Assembly (NCBI GenBank): GCA_951406725.2
Contig: OX597827.1
Span: forward strand, 75,826,001-75,890,000
DNA length: 64,000 nt
Direction of reading: 5' to 3'
DNA from: Octopus vulgaris
Taxonomy: Eukaryota
Shown here: one piece after another, positions 61,420-64,000 of the stretch
Layout: every line of letters begins with the position of its first letter
Numbering within the stretch: position 1 is the stretch's first letter
Notes under the pieces: model-generated
Database searches by the model: none
What the model was told of the DNA's origin: nothing
What the model saw: the letters and a program-made list of their open reading frames with translations, nothing else
Made by a program: the position numbers and the translations under genes

Positions 61420-62842
61420 ACATAGATATATTTACTGACAGAAATACTTCTAACTGGGACAGAAGTTAACTACTATCCCAGGTAGACAGGAATACAAGCA
61501 AAATAACAATTGATGCACAGTTGCACTCAGAATACAGAGTTAGTGGTGGAGAGTCAGAAGAGTTTTGAAGAATGAGCCAAGCCAGTAGGGAAAGCAGGAT
61601 AGATTTTGATGTACTTTTATAGAAAATAATTAAGCTCCAGTCTCAAAGGAACGATGTGACAAATGACAAGTAAAATGGTTAAAACAAGCATGACAATGAT
61701 AGTGTAAAATGTTGGCAGTTGAAATGGCATTGATAGAAATGTCTAACGGAAAGCATTCAATGGAGAAAGAAAAATCACAACCTTCAGTACTTCCACTCAG
61801 TAACTCTTTTACTGAGTGAAGATGCTGCTAACATGTTCGTCCTTGCCACATGTTGTTTTGACCAATCAGAAGCTAGAAGTGTGTGGAAATAAATTTTTGC
61901 ATAAAACTGCATGAAAATGTATTTTGCTATCACTTAATGACAAAAAAAAAAACCCTTCTAATTTAGAGCAGCAATGAAGAGAATAATGGCCAAGATGAAA
62001 CAGATGAGATGGTGGTACAAATGGAAAAATTCACAAAGATTGTTCAAGATGGAAAGCAGATGATAATGGATGAAGATCCAAGTGTAGATAAGAGAGTGAT
62101 GTAAGAGAAGAGACAAGTGTGAAACGCATTCAAGTTGCTGTTATAAGGCCAGCAAAGAAATGAAAAAAAAGTCGAAACACTATTGTAGATAATTATGAAG
62201 CTGATTAAAATTTTGATGTATATGCTGATGCAACTCATTAAACTCATGAAACATAAAACTGAGTCTAGTTTCAGTTCTTTCCTTCTTTATTTCTATCGAT
62301 TTTCCATTGGGCTATTTTGGAAAATTAATTTAATGTTTCAGTCTAGACATTAATCAGCAAACTTAAATGTATGTATATGTATAAATACAAGACACATTCT
62401 TGTCTGTCTCCTATCAAAGCTTGTTCCTCCAGCGTTAGCCACCTTACATTGTTATGGCTTAGCAGCCCTTACTGTTTGTTTTTACTGTCCTGTTTTTGTT
62501 ACCAACTTTGACCCTCTGCAAATTCCAAATTTTATTTAATTTGCTTTGCAGGAGCAACTGTTTTGACGAATGTGCATCTTCTTGAAATTGCTCAAAATGT
62601 GGAGTAGATAAAACAGCCGACAAGTAATGAAGGGTCGATCTTTATGTTTCTTGTCTTCTTTTCCATTTGTTTCTTTCGTTGTTCGCAAAAAAAGTTTGTA
62701 TTCCATATTTTCGTATTTCATGTTGTTTATGTTCTCCGATGTCCTGTACCCATATATGCATATGTATATACATATATATGTAAGTATATACATATATGTA
62801 CATACATATATATATATATGCATATATTTATATTATTATATA

Positions 62843-62907
<65 letters not shown>

Positions 62908-63045
62908 AACAGACGTTAAAATAGCTTCATTAAGGGATAAAAATATCCAATGAATTACTGGTTTGTTTCCTATTATTATCTTTTTGTGCCTAGCAATATT
63001 CACAAAATAATAGGTTTAAGTATAAATCTTGGTTTATAAATATTC

Positions 63046-63504
63046 AAATTAAAATCCAGAAAATGGATATGTAGCATTAATATATAGTTTATTAACTGCA
63101 AAAATTCAACATATTCCTCTTACAGCTGTTTCGATTTTGCCCAAAGAATCAAATTCCTGTAATTAAAAACATTTTATCAGGCAAAATCTCATCAAAGGAG
63201 TAGAAAAGACTTACTGTTAGGTTATTAGATGTTAAGCTTCCAAATCATTCAGACTGAATATCATTTAATTAAATATCATTTAATTAAATGATATTCAGTA
63301 TGAGATTATTTGCAAGCATAACATCTAATAACCAAACAGTAAGTCTTTTCTACTCCTCTGATGAGATTTTGCCTGATAAAATGTTTTTAATAACTGGAAT
63401 TTGATTCTTTGGGCAAAATCAAAACACATGTAAGAGGATATGTTTGATTTTTGCAGTAAATAAATTATATTAATGCTACATATTCATTTTCTGAATTATA
63501 ATTT
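63046..63504. repeat. ~460-bp palindrome, each arm carrying a hammerhead-ribozyme-like motif
   Basis: Arms pair from AAATTAAAATCCAGAAAATG to CATTTTCTGAATTATAATTT; motifs at 63115-63199 (-) and 63354-63438 (+). Confidence 0.9.
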
Positions 63505-63533
63505 ATATATCTATATCTATATCTATCTATCTA

Positions 63534-63701
<168 letters not shown>

Positions 63702-64000
63702 CAGATGGTGTGGTGTTCTTGCAGCTAGCATTACCAATGTATATTGGCAAAAAATTGCAAATAAACAGAAAAACCAATGTTTTTATGAAGTCTTTTGAAA
63801 TACTTGTTCAACATCGCATTTCAAAGAATTTCCTTGTAATTCAAACCATCAGAAATGCAACAAACTAGTAGTTGGACAATTGGAAACCTGTAACCAATGA
63901 TATTATTCTTCACTCTTTGCAAAAGACAGAGAGGGAGAGAAACAGAGATAGAGAGTACTTTTTATCTTGTCAGAAATGTATCATCATCATCATCATATAT

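Overview
AT-rich, microsatellite-dense animal genomic DNA. The repeat content and the single-coding-exon C2H2 genes are most consistent with an octopus-like (coleoid cephalopod) genome; this is an inference, not a database match. Only two real protein-coding ORFs are supported, and both are C2H2 zinc-finger genes in convergent orientation: 9431..12220 (+, 929 aa, 16 fingers) and 38711..40156 (-, 481 aa, 10 fingers). The rest is tRNA-derived SINEs (several families), RTE/BovB/CRE LINE fragments, piggyBac- and mariner-derived MITEs, a non-autonomous Helitron, hAT and Tigger relics, Penelope-like fragments, a 5'-truncated tRNA-His and long (TA)n/(TACA)n tracts; the many YIYIY/HTHT ORFs are microsatellite artefacts. 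Most notable observations: (1) the N-terminal 'low-complexity' regions of both ZNFs read as arrays of fossil, Cys-less zinc fingers; (2) a minisatellite downstream of the minus-strand ZNF forms a run of bulged let-7-complementary sites on the gene's strand; (3) a ~460-bp palindrome carries one hammerhead-ribozyme motif per arm, each damaged at different core positions; (4) several long foldback hairpins, one sitting 44 nt from a predicted splice acceptor; (5) an exact 31-nt copy of a ZNF coding segment upstream of its own gene; (6) a tRNA-His/SINE-tail chimera.
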